In this document: in pieces, positions 7,621 through 18,400 of the stretch
Layout of the letters: every line of letters begins with the position of its first letter
How positions within the stretch are numbered: position 1 is the stretch's first letter
From: Oleispira antarctica RB-8
GTDB lineage: Bacteria; Pseudomonadota; Gammaproteobacteria; Pseudomonadales; Oceanobacteraceae
Length of the DNA: 32,000 nucleotides
NCBI GenBank assembly: GCA_000967895.1
Contig: FO203512.1
Location: 3,315,531 to 3,347,530, forward strand
Reading direction: 5' to 3'
Program-made: the position numbers and the translations under genes
Notes under the pieces: generated by a model
Seen by the model: only the letters and a program-made list of their open reading frames with translations
The model's database searches: none
Told to the model about the DNA's origin: nothing

Positions 7621-9657
7621 ATGTCTCGCTTATTCGTCAAAGCCACAAGTTTAGCGGCAATTTGCCTTACCACATCCTTTAGCTACGCCGATAATGAAGC
7701 GGTACTGGATAACATTCGTATCACTGCCAAAGATGATCCCCTAACCGAGATATCGACTAAGAAGCTATTACGGATGCCGGGGGCCGGTAATGACCCCCTG
7801 AGAGCCATAGAAGCACTACCAGGGGTCACATTTACGACGGGTCGACGAGCGGAACCTGCAGTACGCGGATCGTCACCTGACGATAATCGATACATCATCG
7901 ATTTCATGCCTGTCTTAAACATTTTCCATTTTGATGGCTCTAGCTTGTTAAACGATAATGTTATCGAAAACTTTACGCTAGAAGCCGCTGCTTTTGATGC
8001 ACAGTACAACGATGCAACAGGGGCGGTCATTGAAGCGAATTCACGAGCACCATATACCGATCGAAAACAAGCGGTTATCGATTTCAGTTTATTAAAAGCC
8101 GGCATATTATTAGAGACCCCTATTACCGAAAACTCAGCAGCCTACTTGTCTGTTAGACAAAGTCTTATTCACCTTTATATTGAAAATCTACTGGATGACG
8201 ATGATTTTCAATTCACCACCGTGCCTGAATACTATGATTACCAAGCAAAATATCAGATACAACTATCGGGTGGCGATACATTAAGCATTCAAGCATTAGG
8301 AACACGAGACAAAGCGGGTTTATTATTCGATGACGAGTCCGACCAAATTAAGCGCGAACCAGGCCTAGCAGGCGGTATAAAATTTAATTCGCACTTTCAC
8401 TCTCAAGGCATTGTCTTAGAAAATACCTTATCAGAAACCACACAGCTCAAAACGGGTTTCTCACATATGCTGAGTGATTTCTCGTTAGGATTAGGGCTAG
8501 ACAATAACCTTAAAGCAACCTCCAATGACTATACACTTCGCACTCACCTCAGCACGGATATCAACCTAAATCATACCTTGCGTACGGGTATTGATATTTT
8601 TGAACGCCAAATTGATTTTAAGGGCGACTTCACCGCACCACCTTGCGATCTTACATCCAAACCTTACTGCCCTGTAAGTGATAGCCAAGAACGCATTGTG
8701 GAAAATGATAATCTGAAAATTTATAACTACGATGTATTTATTGCAGACGACTGGTTCGTCAGCCCAACTCTCACGCTAACCCCAGGTGTTTTATGGTCTT
8801 ACGATGATTATTCTGAGCAAACCTTCACCCAAGGTAAATTCAAGCTGCGCTGGGAATTTATCGATTACTGGTGGTTGAATACGGCTTGGGGCCAGTATCA
8901 CAAGTTCACTGATAATTTTGGCGAAGTCGCCAAAGGATTTGGCAACCCTGACCTCAGACAATCTACATCAGACCATTATACCCTAGGAGTTGAGCATCAA
9001 ATTGATGAGTCGACTCTGATTAAGCTAGACACCTATTACAAAACTTTTGGTGATCTTATTATTTCTCGCCAAGATAAAGATACCGTCTATCCAACACTGA
9101 CTGAAGATCAGTACCAAGCACTTCCTCGCTATACCAATGACGCCGACGGTGACGCTTATGGCTTTGAACTATTTATCAACAAATCCTTTAGTGAAGGTTG
9201 GTACGGCTGGTTATCCGCAGCGTACTCAGAAACTCGACGTCATAATAAAATAACAGGAGAAGATTTTAAGTATGCTTACGATCAACCTTGGATCATTAAC
9301 TTAGTCTCTAACCATGAGTTGAATGAAGACTGGACCATTGGATTTAAATGGCGCTATCAAAGTGGTCAGCTCATAACACCAATTATCGATACTAGATCAG
9401 TTACAAATCCCGATTATGTAATCCCTATCTATGGCGAGCTAAACTCTAAGCGCCTAGCCGACAGTCATAAACTCGACATCCGCCTAGACCGAAACTATCA
9501 ATATAAAAGCTGGAACATGGATTTATACGTCGAAGCCTTGAACGTGTATAACCAAGCAAACGTCACCAGCTATGAATACAACGCCGACTATACAGAGAAA
9601 GACGATGTTACCGGGCTTCCAACCATTATTTCCTTTGGTATAAAAGCGAATTTATAA
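7621..9657 (+). CDS. TonB-dependent outer-membrane receptor, substrate unknown
   Basis: 678 aa with signal peptide ending SYA|DN. A TonB-box-like LDNIRITA is followed by a plug region, GNDPLRAIEALPGVTF...PAVRGSSPDDNRYIIDF, and a long beta-rich barrel with Y/W-rich strands. RBS AAGGA is present. The C-terminus ends in L rather than the usual aromatic residue. Confidence 0.8.
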   Translation: MSRLFVKATSLAAICLTTSFSYADNEAVLDNIRITAKDDPLTEISTKKLLRMPGAGNDPLRAIEALPGVTFTTGRRAEPAVRGSSPDDNRYIIDFMPVLNIFHFDGSSLLNDNVIENFTLEAAAFDAQYNDATGAVIEANSRAPYTDRKQAVIDFSLLKAGILLETPITENSAAYLSVRQSLIHLYIENLLDDDDFQFTTVPEYYDYQAKYQIQLSGGDTLSIQALGTRDKAGLLFDDESDQIKREPGLAGGIKFNSHFHSQGIVLENTLSETTQLKTGFSHMLSDFSLGLGLDNNLKATSNDYTLRTHLSTDINLNHTLRTGIDIFERQIDFKGDFTAPPCDLTSKPYCPVSDSQERIVENDNLKIYNYDVFIADDWFVSPTLTLTPGVLWSYDDYSEQTFTQGKFKLRWEFIDYWWLNTAWGQYHKFTDNFGEVAKGFGNPDLRQSTSDHYTLGVEHQIDESTLIKLDTYYKTFGDLIISRQDKDTVYPTLTEDQYQALPRYTNDADGDAYGFELFINKSFSEGWYGWLSAAYSETRRHNKITGEDFKYAYDQPWIINLVSNHELNEDWTIGFKWRYQSGQLITPIIDTRSVTNPDYVIPIYGELNSKRLADSHKLDIRLDRNYQYKSWNMDLYVEALNVYNQANVTSYEYNADYTEKDDVTGLPTIISFGIKANL

Positions 9658-9698
9658 TTCATTATGGTGAGGTCTCTAATTGCCTATAAAAGGTAAAC

Positions 9699-9922
9699 TT
9701 GTTAGCAATAACGTCAGAACGCGAAGTTATTAAGCGATCTTTAAAAACATCATTGATTGTTAGGTCAATACTCGCCATTATTAATCACGGCGATGCTTTA
9801 TTGGCACTCAATACACTCTTAGATAGAGTCATTAAAATGGCGCTAACTTATGTGTGCCTTATTTAGTTTCAACAAGCGCCAACATAGGCGCCGTTCGTCA
9901 CCACGATAAAGTCCAACAGTAG
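9699..9922 (+). pseudogene. Frameshifted NrtS-like small membrane protein gene
   Basis: From TTG at 9699, frame A reads LLAITSEREVIKRSLKTSLIVRSILAIINHGDALLALNTLLDRVIKMALTYVCLI* (stop 9864-9866). The expected family C-terminus, VPYLVSTSANIGAVRHHDKVQQ*, continues in another frame from 9854 to the stop at 9920-9922. The frames switch within the TGTGTG run at 9851-9856. The NrtS assignment rests on remembered INHGD and VPYxVST motifs. Confidence 0.5.
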
Positions 9923-9934
9923 TAAGGAATACTA

Positions 9935-10390
9935 ATGACTGATTTATACGATTACCCTGTAGTTATCGAAGTCCCTGTCGCTTGGGGAGAAATGGATTCG
10001 TTCAAACATGTAAACAATGTTCATTATTTTCGATATTTTGAAAGCGCTCGTACTAAATATGTTGAAGAGCTCAAGATTCTCGACTTCATGAATAATTACG
10101 CTAAAGGGCCGATTTTATCAGAAACATCGGCTAAATTTTTAGCACCCGTTAGCTACCCAGATACACTCTCTATTGGTATTCGCAGTATAAAAGCGGAAGG
10201 AGGCAAGTTAATTCAAGAATATGCTATCTGGAGTCAAGAGCAGTCTAGACTAGTAACTACAGGCGAAAGCACTATGTTATTTTTTGATTATAAGATTGGC
10301 AAACGTTGCGACATTCCTACTGAATTGGCAAAGAGAATGGTTAAGCTAGAACCTTTACTCGCCAAGTCATTAGAGACGGCAAGTATCTAA
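9935..10390 (+). CDS. 4HBT-fold acyl-CoA thioesterase (YbgC-like)
   Basis: 151 aa. The hotdog-fold signature VAWGEMDSFKHVNNVHYFRYFESAR is present. RBS AAGGA is present. Confidence 0.75.
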   Translation: MTDLYDYPVVIEVPVAWGEMDSFKHVNNVHYFRYFESARTKYVEELKILDFMNNYAKGPILSETSAKFLAPVSYPDTLSIGIRSIKAEGGKLIQEYAIWSQEQSRLVTTGESTMLFFDYKIGKRCDIPTELAKRMVKLEPLLAKSLETASI

Positions 10391-10475
10391 TATAATCTCT
10401 TTCGAGGGTTGTTTTATTCCAATTCAGCCCTCACATTAGCTACTCACCAGCGCAATCTAGCCTAGGGCGGAAAAA

Positions 10476-11444
10476 ATGCTAATCGGTAAACGAGAAGAAT
10501 TCGATTTAAATGAAATGGCCATTTTTGTCCGTGTGGTTGAGTCCGGTAGTTTCACTGGAGCAGCTAAAGCCTTAGGTCTCCCCAAGTCTACGGTTAGCCG
10601 TAAAATTACTCAGCTAGAAGAGCGCTTAGGCGTTCGTCTAATTCAACGAACCACTAGAAGCCTGAGTCTTACAGATACTGGTAGCGCCTACCATGAACAT
10701 TGCGCGCGCATTTTAGGTGACATTGAAGAAGCAAACATTGCAGTAACGCAAATGCAAAGCACCCCAACAGGTACTTTACGCATTACCGCACCGGTATTAT
10801 TCGGTTCAACTGTATTATCTGGATTAATTGCCGAATATATGGAGTTGCATCCACAGGTTAATATCGATCTTATATTAACCGATCAAATGCTCGATTTAGT
10901 CCAAGATGGTATCGATGTCGCTTTCCGCGTTGGTCACTTAGAAGACTCATCTTTAATTGGTCGTTATTTGGGCGATGTTAAAGCGATTCTTTGCGCCAGT
11001 TCAGACTATGTAGAGCGCTTTGGAAAACCGTCGCATCCTGATGAAATAAGCAATCACCAAGTTATATCAGCCACAGGCTGGACCCAATGGTCGCTCAAAG
11101 GGCCTAATGCACAAGAAATAAATGTAAATATCAAGCCACGTTTAAAAGTGAATGATCTTTCAAGCCTCTATACCCTTGCCTTATCTGGTGCAGGCATTAC
11201 CGCTTTGCCAGTATTAATTGCAGCATCGGCGATCAAGAGTAAAAACTTAATTCCTATTTTATGCGACTGGCCTTTTGAAGCACACCCTATTCATACGTTA
11301 TACGCCAGTAACCGACATTTATCGGCCAAAGTAAGAAGCTTCGTTGATTTTGTTATTGAGCAGGTAAGACCTAATCCACCTTGGTTAGTGGATATGGAAG
11401 GACACGATAAATGTGAAGCAGAACAGCCTATTACAAAAAAATAA
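10476..11444 (+). CDS. LysR-family transcriptional regulator
   Basis: 322 aa. The N-terminal HTH reads MAIFVRVVESGSFTGAAKALGLPKSTVSRKITQLEERLGVRLIQRTTRSLSLTDTG, and a LysR substrate-binding domain follows. Confidence 0.9.
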   Translation: MLIGKREEFDLNEMAIFVRVVESGSFTGAAKALGLPKSTVSRKITQLEERLGVRLIQRTTRSLSLTDTGSAYHEHCARILGDIEEANIAVTQMQSTPTGTLRITAPVLFGSTVLSGLIAEYMELHPQVNIDLILTDQMLDLVQDGIDVAFRVGHLEDSSLIGRYLGDVKAILCASSDYVERFGKPSHPDEISNHQVISATGWTQWSLKGPNAQEINVNIKPRLKVNDLSSLYTLALSGAGITALPVLIAASAIKSKNLIPILCDWPFEAHPIHTLYASNRHLSAKVRSFVDFVIEQVRPNPPWLVDMEGHDKCEAEQPITKK

Positions 11445-12614
11445 TTACGCGAGTTTCTCTAAACTCTCTATGATTTTTTTCAATTGGGCTGGATTAATCT
11501 TATCGGTTTTAAACAATGTATCGATATGCACTAAAAACTGATGTAAATCTTTATCTAAACTTAGACCGTCATTGAAGATTTTATTGGTATTTGAAATTGC
11601 TTTTTCAATGGTGGTTTGTAAGCTTTTTTCCTGTGCTTCATCCATTCCTAAATATTGCATCGATGCTTCAATGTTGTCTGCCATATCTTCAACAACACTC
11701 GCAATGTCCTTCATAACGCCTTGATAGCTTTCATCAACCGACGACATCAAGTCTTTCATTTTTATAGTTAAACTGCGCACTAAATTTTTCTCTAATGCTA
11801 AACTTTCGAGCGTATCTAACGCCTGAATCCGTGCATCTGTGCCCTGTAATAAAGAAAATACATTATCTTTTATTGCACCATACTTTTTCTCATCCTCAAT
11901 CGGCATGTTCTTTACCAATAAAGAAACTGATTCATAATTCATCACCGAACGATGGCCAAAATCGACATAACGTCCCTGATCTTTCATTTCAGACAGTAAT
12001 TTAGATTCTAACGACTTCGCCATGCCATTAACTTCCATATTTTTAACGGAAAATTGGCTGCGTAACTGTAAGCTGCAACTAATTCCGTACGATTTTAACG
12101 CTTGAAATAGTCGCATTCCCAGTTCATCAATATTACTACAACGATTAACATCCAATAAAAATTGAATATTTACACCCAAATCGCTGGTATCAGACATGGC
12201 AATAAACGCCATTTCATTAGCCTGAGCAAGCTGCATTTTTAGCTGATCATTAGCAATTTTATTAATAATGATTCGTTCTAGGCGACCATGAAGCTCAGTT
12301 TTAAGATCATCAATAGATAAATAATCATCGGCACCACAATCATAAGCTGCTAAACGCTCTTCATTATTATCGTCGGAACTGACGAAGATAACAGGAATAT
12401 CAAAAGAAGCTTTAATCTTTTGACATAGCTCTAAGACAGGGATCGATGAACAGGTCATATCAGCCAAAACAAGCTGATAACGATTATCGCTTAACGCCTG
12501 AAGGCAGCCTTCTTCGTCGTTAACTAAAAGCGACTCAAAGGAGTCATCAAGATGATCCCCAAGGCATAGATTGTTATCACAGCCAAGAAGGATAATAGAA
12601 TAACTAGCGGCCAT
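11445..12614 (-). CDS. Atypical receiver (REC) domain protein with an uncharacterised helical C-terminal domain
   Basis: 389 aa. The N-terminal CheY-like fold shows IILLGCDNN, LVLADM (acceptor Asp) and PVIFVSS. In the usual GAxxYLxK position it reads GADDYLSI, so the conserved Lys is absent. Residues ~130-389 are coiled/helical, and I recognise no output domain. Confidence 0.6.
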   Translation of the reverse strand: MAASYSIILLGCDNNLCLGDHLDDSFESLLVNDEEGCLQALSDNRYQLVLADMTCSSIPVLELCQKIKASFDIPVIFVSSDDNNEERLAAYDCGADDYLSIDDLKTELHGRLERIIINKIANDQLKMQLAQANEMAFIAMSDTSDLGVNIQFLLDVNRCSNIDELGMRLFQALKSYGISCSLQLRSQFSVKNMEVNGMAKSLESKLLSEMKDQGRYVDFGHRSVMNYESVSLLVKNMPIEDEKKYGAIKDNVFSLLQGTDARIQALDTLESLALEKNLVRSLTIKMKDLMSSVDESYQGVMKDIASVVEDMADNIEASMQYLGMDEAQEKSLQTTIEKAISNTNKIFNDGLSLDKDLHQFLVHIDTLFKTDKINPAQLKKIIESLEKLA

Positions 12615-12749
12615 GCCAACCCCATAAAAATTAATAAAAATATTAGTTATTAATTAGGTATAGACAATGAGACGGCCGTTTTCAATTTAAAGTGTTCTTT
12701 AGTGCTGCTTTTTAATACGAAGTCATACTATATTCCGATATCCGTATAC

Positions 12750-15485
12750 TCAAATAATCATCCGCTCTCGAGCTTTTACAATCGCTTGAGTGCGACTTTT
12801 AGCCCCGAGCTTGGCGTTGATCTTGCGCGCATGTGTTTTTACCGTATGCAGAGAAATAAAGAGCTGATCAGCAATACCTTGATTAGAATAGCCTTCTGCA
12901 ATCAAACCTAAAACTTCTTGCTCTCGAACGCTCAAATTAGATGCTTCAATAAAAACAGGAACCGCCGACTGTGCCGATAACTCTGCTTTGCTACCCGGTT
13001 TATAATCAGTATGACGAGGCTCTTGCGATACCGTCGTTACTGTCAACATTGAGCCAATAGCCGATTCGAGATCCGAAACACTTATCGATATAAATTGGCT
13101 TAAATCCAATTTTATTTTTTCTTGCTCCGCAAACTTTAAACCCTGCTGCCATACCTGTTTAGCCTTACTAACCTCACCCTTTAAAGCATATGCGACCGCT
13201 TGGAATAATGTTCCTGATAGTTGAATAATGCTGGCCTGTTTTTTTAACGCCACACGATCGAGCAGTTGAATAACATTCGAATATTCTTTTTTCTGGAATA
13301 ATAAACGGGCGCAAGATAAACGATATAAGCCTGACTGCATCGGAAATAATTCAGCATGGTTCGTACCTAACGGATCATCTCCCTTAGTCACACGATCTAA
13401 GCACTCTTCAGCACGGTTCCATTTTCCTAAGGCCATCCAAATATTCGCTTTTACAATATCAATCCAGTTCTTGTAAACCTGTTCTGATACTTGCCAGCGC
13501 TGCATTAAACGCTCTGCTTCCGCAATAATGGCCAAAGCAGCTTTGCCTTCTTGCTTCATAATATGAATCAAGGCCAATAAGCTATAGCCATAAAGAACAA
13601 TAACGTCTCGACATCGATTTGCTTCATTAATGCCAATATAAGCATCTTGTCGAGCACCTTCAATGTCACCTTTTAACCAGCGTATAAACGCACGATAAAT
13701 AATTAATCGTGCATGAGGAAATAAACGTGCTTGCTGCGGTAAGCGTAGGGTCAATTCTAACCCCTGATCCACAACCTCAGCGCTGCGAAGAAGATGACCA
13801 CGATACTGCTCGACTCTAGCGTAATCAAAAAGAGAAAAAACCTCTAAACTTAATGCCTGATGCTGGCGAGCAATATCTATCGCTAAACGATTCCAAAGAC
13901 GCGCATTCTCAGGTTTTTGACTCACTAATTCTATATTGCACAAGGTAGAACACATTAATACCCGAATAGGAAAACGGTCTTCCGGCAACTCACGCAAAGC
14001 CAGCTCACATAGACTACGGGCTTGCCCATAATCCCCTTCTCCGCGCGCAATAAAACCTCGTAAGGCCAGTAGCTGTCCTGGATAGTGCATTTCTATCTGA
14101 TGAGTATCGAGTTGATTAATCAGACGTCCTACCGCGGCGTATTGAAAGGTTAACAATAAGCTCCAAATTTGCATCAGCTGCAAACGAGCAGAACTGGCAA
14201 TAATATCGCTCCCCACAAAATCACACCAAGCTAGAACCGCAGCAAAATCTAGATCGGCAATAATGCGATCAACTTCACTTTCAATCCATAAGGCCGCTTC
14301 TTGAGTGAGCTTGCCTAAGCGGGCATGCTGCAAGGCTTCAACTCGAAACCCTTGCTGTTTAAGACTATGAAAAGCGGCTAAATGTGTTTTTTCACGATCC
14401 TGTTCACTGCTGTACTGGCATAATAATTCGGCCAGTAGCGGATGCAGTGTGAACCAGCCCAAGCGTTGATCAATGCTGTCAATAAACAGATTGTGGTGTA
14501 CCAGCTGCTGAATCCAGCGACTGCTGTCTTCAATACCTAATACTTCGTTGCATAAAATTTCATTAAAACTGGTCAGCGGCGCAATACGAATTAAAAATTC
14601 TTTTAATTGAGGCTCCAGTCCAGACAGAACTTCCCCCATTAAATAATCAGCCAGCTGCTCCCTCTCATGACCCAAGTCTTCTGGCCAACTCGCATTCTCT
14701 CGACAGAGTAACCATAAGCCTAATCCTGCTGGCCAACCTTGCATTCTCTCCATCAAGTTAAAAGCTTGCTGCTGATCATAAATATCCGCTTGCTGTAACC
14801 AAGCAGTCACTTGCTGAAAATCGAACGCTAAATCTTGCTGTTTAATAAACTCTAAGCGCGGGTCTAACCTTAAACGCCCAAGTGCATTTGGGATGAACCG
14901 CGACGCCATTAATAAGCGCATATTACCGGGGAGTTGAGTCATCAAAGACTGAATGACCTGCCAAGCAGCAGGGTCTTCTATTTCGTGAACATTATCCAAA
15001 ACGACAATCAATGGACAATTCAAGCTGGCCAGCTCATCTAAAAAGAGCAGTAAAACTTCTTCGCAATCCAGCGAGCCTTGATTCATCGTCGCAAGCCAAT
15101 GCGCTAAGGCATCGGTAGCCACACCCGCCACCATTTTATTAGCGGCTTCAAGCAAGTGTCGCAGCAAAAAAGCTTCATGATTGTCTTTACTATCAAGGGT
15201 TAGCCATAAACCTAGAGTATCGTTACTTGCATCTTTAGAGTTAACTTGCTGACCATACCAATCACTCAACAGCACACTTTTTCCATAGCCCGCGGGGGCT
15301 AATAACCAAGTAATCGCTTTGCTTTGAGAAAGCTTTTGAGATAATTCAGGGCGCGCCAAAAAGTGCTCCGGCAACTCGATAGCTTTGCTTTTCAAAGCTA
15401 CCCAGGAAGATAGTACTTTCTGATCCAGCGTTGATAACCAAGCTTTTTGATCTGAATTAAATGCAGCCGTCTTCATTAATGCCAT
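12750..15485 (-). CDS. MalT-like STAND ATPase / LuxR-family transcriptional regulator
   Basis: 911 aa. Walker A is LLAPAGYGKSVLL and Walker B is LIVVLDNVHE. A long TPR-like helical repeat region follows. The C-terminal LuxR HTH is LSVREQEVLGLIAEGYSNQGIADQLFISLHTVKTHARKINAKLG. Confidence 0.85.
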   Translation of the reverse strand: MALMKTAAFNSDQKAWLSTLDQKVLSSWVALKSKAIELPEHFLARPELSQKLSQSKAITWLLAPAGYGKSVLLSDWYGQQVNSKDASNDTLGLWLTLDSKDNHEAFLLRHLLEAANKMVAGVATDALAHWLATMNQGSLDCEEVLLLFLDELASLNCPLIVVLDNVHEIEDPAAWQVIQSLMTQLPGNMRLLMASRFIPNALGRLRLDPRLEFIKQQDLAFDFQQVTAWLQQADIYDQQQAFNLMERMQGWPAGLGLWLLCRENASWPEDLGHEREQLADYLMGEVLSGLEPQLKEFLIRIAPLTSFNEILCNEVLGIEDSSRWIQQLVHHNLFIDSIDQRLGWFTLHPLLAELLCQYSSEQDREKTHLAAFHSLKQQGFRVEALQHARLGKLTQEAALWIESEVDRIIADLDFAAVLAWCDFVGSDIIASSARLQLMQIWSLLLTFQYAAVGRLINQLDTHQIEMHYPGQLLALRGFIARGEGDYGQARSLCELALRELPEDRFPIRVLMCSTLCNIELVSQKPENARLWNRLAIDIARQHQALSLEVFSLFDYARVEQYRGHLLRSAEVVDQGLELTLRLPQQARLFPHARLIIYRAFIRWLKGDIEGARQDAYIGINEANRCRDVIVLYGYSLLALIHIMKQEGKAALAIIAEAERLMQRWQVSEQVYKNWIDIVKANIWMALGKWNRAEECLDRVTKGDDPLGTNHAELFPMQSGLYRLSCARLLFQKKEYSNVIQLLDRVALKKQASIIQLSGTLFQAVAYALKGEVSKAKQVWQQGLKFAEQEKIKLDLSQFISISVSDLESAIGSMLTVTTVSQEPRHTDYKPGSKAELSAQSAVPVFIEASNLSVREQEVLGLIAEGYSNQGIADQLFISLHTVKTHARKINAKLGAKSRTQAIVKARERMII

Positions 15486-15785
15486 ACGCTTATTATGTTT
15501 CTACGTTGCGTTATTATTTTACTGTTAAAGCCGCAGTGAATCAGGCTTAAGTGAAGTACCATGAGATCATGCCACCCAGAGGAACTCAACATTATAGGCC
15601 AGCTAGTTACATAAAATTACACAATATTCTGAATTTTATGACCAAAATCAAAAAAAGCCGCACTCCAAGAATGTCGTTTTCAGCAGAAAGACAACACTCA
15701 TCAAAGATACGGCTTTTTATAGAGACAGCCTTGAGCCTGATCTTTTTACACGGTAAGCAGATCAGGACAATGAATCACAAAGTGA

Positions 15786-17441
<1,656 letters not shown>

Positions 17442-17480
17442 TTAAATTTTGTAGGTTAAATAAAAAAGTGAGTGTAATAA

Positions 17481-17774
17481 TTAAGCTTCTAAAACGCCGT
17501 AGATATCACTTTCATTCAAAATCAATAATTCTTCACCATCGATATCGATAGTATTTTGACCTGAGTATTTACCAAAAACGACAACATCGCCTTCGTTAAC
17601 CGCCAGCGCTTGCACTGAACCATTATCAAGAATACGGCCAGTACCCACAGAGATAACAACACCTTGATTTGGTTTTTCTGCCGCAGCGCCCGGTAAAATA
17701 ATACCACCCGCAGTTGCGGTCTCTTCTTCTTTACGGCGAACAACAATACGATCATGTAATGGACGGATTTTCAT
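17481..17774 (-). CDS. groES: Co-chaperonin GroES (Cpn10)
   Basis: 97 aa beginning [29 protein letters not shown], with RBS GGAGAG. Confidence 0.98.
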   Translation of the reverse strand: MKIRPLHDRIVVRRKEEETATAGGIILPGAAAEKPNQGVVISVGTGRILDNGSVQALAVNEGDVVVFGKYSGQNTIDIDGEELLILNESDIYGVLEA

Positions 17775-17863
17775 TTGCTAGACTCTCCAACTGTTGGATC
17801 CCAAGTATTAGGATCAATAAGGTAAACAAAGGCTAAATTGCCTCTGTGAAAAATAGATGGTTA

Positions 17864-17892
17864 ATTTATCGGGGCTTTTACTAGGATTTCAA
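17864..17892 (-). promoter_or_regulatory. Sigma32 (heat-shock) promoter of groES-groEL
   Basis: The minus strand reads cgTTGAAAtcctagtaaaagCCCCGATAAAT. The -35 TTGAAA is the complement of 17887-17892 and the -10 CCCCGATAAAT is the complement of 17864-17874. With CTTGAA/CCCCAT numbering the spacer is 13 nt, the same as I recall for E. coli groE. It sits ~90 nt upstream of the groES ATG. Confidence 0.75.
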
Positions 17893-17911
17893 CGGCTAGC
17901 CGAAAAAATAC

Positions 17912-18400
17912 CTACTTATCGTCTTTGGTATATTCGCCTTCAATTGTGATTTTTTCATGACTGCTTTGCGAGTCAGTGTGCGAATGTACATCTTTAAACG
18001 AGCCTTCCTGAAAACTACCCGTCGCTTGAAAGCTGCTTGCAGTCATCATGCGAGGGGTAATAAATGCAATCACCTTATGGACCAACGCTTTACGCGTCGC
18101 GGGGACGAGTAATGTAAAACCCAGCGCATCAGTGACAAAACCCGGCGTTAATAATAAAGCGCCGGCCAGTGCTAACAAGAAACCTTCTGCTAATTCTTGG
18201 GCAGGAATCTGTCCTTGCTGCATTTTTTGATTAGCACGCAATAAAGTACTAATACCCTGTTTACGCAACAACCTAACCCCAACAAAAGCGGTAATAACAA
18301 TTAAACCCAACGTCCAGCCAATACCAATGAAGCTATTCACTTTCAAAATCACGGCTAATTCGATTAATGGAATAATGATAAAAATAATTAATAAAGGCAT
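17912..18400 (-). CDS. fxsA: FxsA-family inner-membrane protein
   Basis: MPLLIIFIIIPLIELAVILKVNSFIGIGWTLGLIVITAFVGVRLLRKQG is the FxsA N-terminal signature. The track starts at TTG 18415, but a perfect AGGAGG sits 4 nt upstream of the ATG at 18398-18400, so I take that ATG as the start. Confidence 0.85.
   Translation of the reverse strand: MPLLIIFIIIPLIELAVILKVNSFIGIGWTLGLIVITAFVGVRLLRKQGISTLLRANQKMQQGQIPAQELAEGFLLALAGALLLTPGFVTDALGFTLLVPATRKALVHKVIAFITPRMMTASSFQATGSFQEGSFKDVHSHTDSQSSHEKITIEGEYTKDDK

Noticed and set aside
12750-15485. Idea that the 911-aa MalT/LuxR regulator is an AlkS-type alkane-response regulator, given the marine low-GC context.
   Set aside because: No alkB, rubredoxin or other alkane-oxidation genes lie in the window. 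The architecture alone is shared by many MalT-like regulators.
4246-15485. Possibility that the PIN-PhoH ATPase or the STAND NTPase belongs to an anti-phage defence island.
   Set aside because: PhoH2 is a widely conserved single-gene family. The STAND protein ends in a LuxR HTH, a transcription-factor output like MalT, not a nuclease, protease or TIR effector. No integrases, other defence genes or mobile-element scars are nearby.
15653-15766. Nested inverted repeats downstream of groEL as its terminator: AAAAAGCCG...CGGCTTTTT at 15653-15718 and CCTGATCT/AGATCAGG at 15736-15766.
   Set aside because: The first has only a short GC core and a ~49-nt interior. The second has a 15-nt loop and no U-tract. 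A terminator very likely lies in this 300-bp spacer, but I cannot place it confidently.
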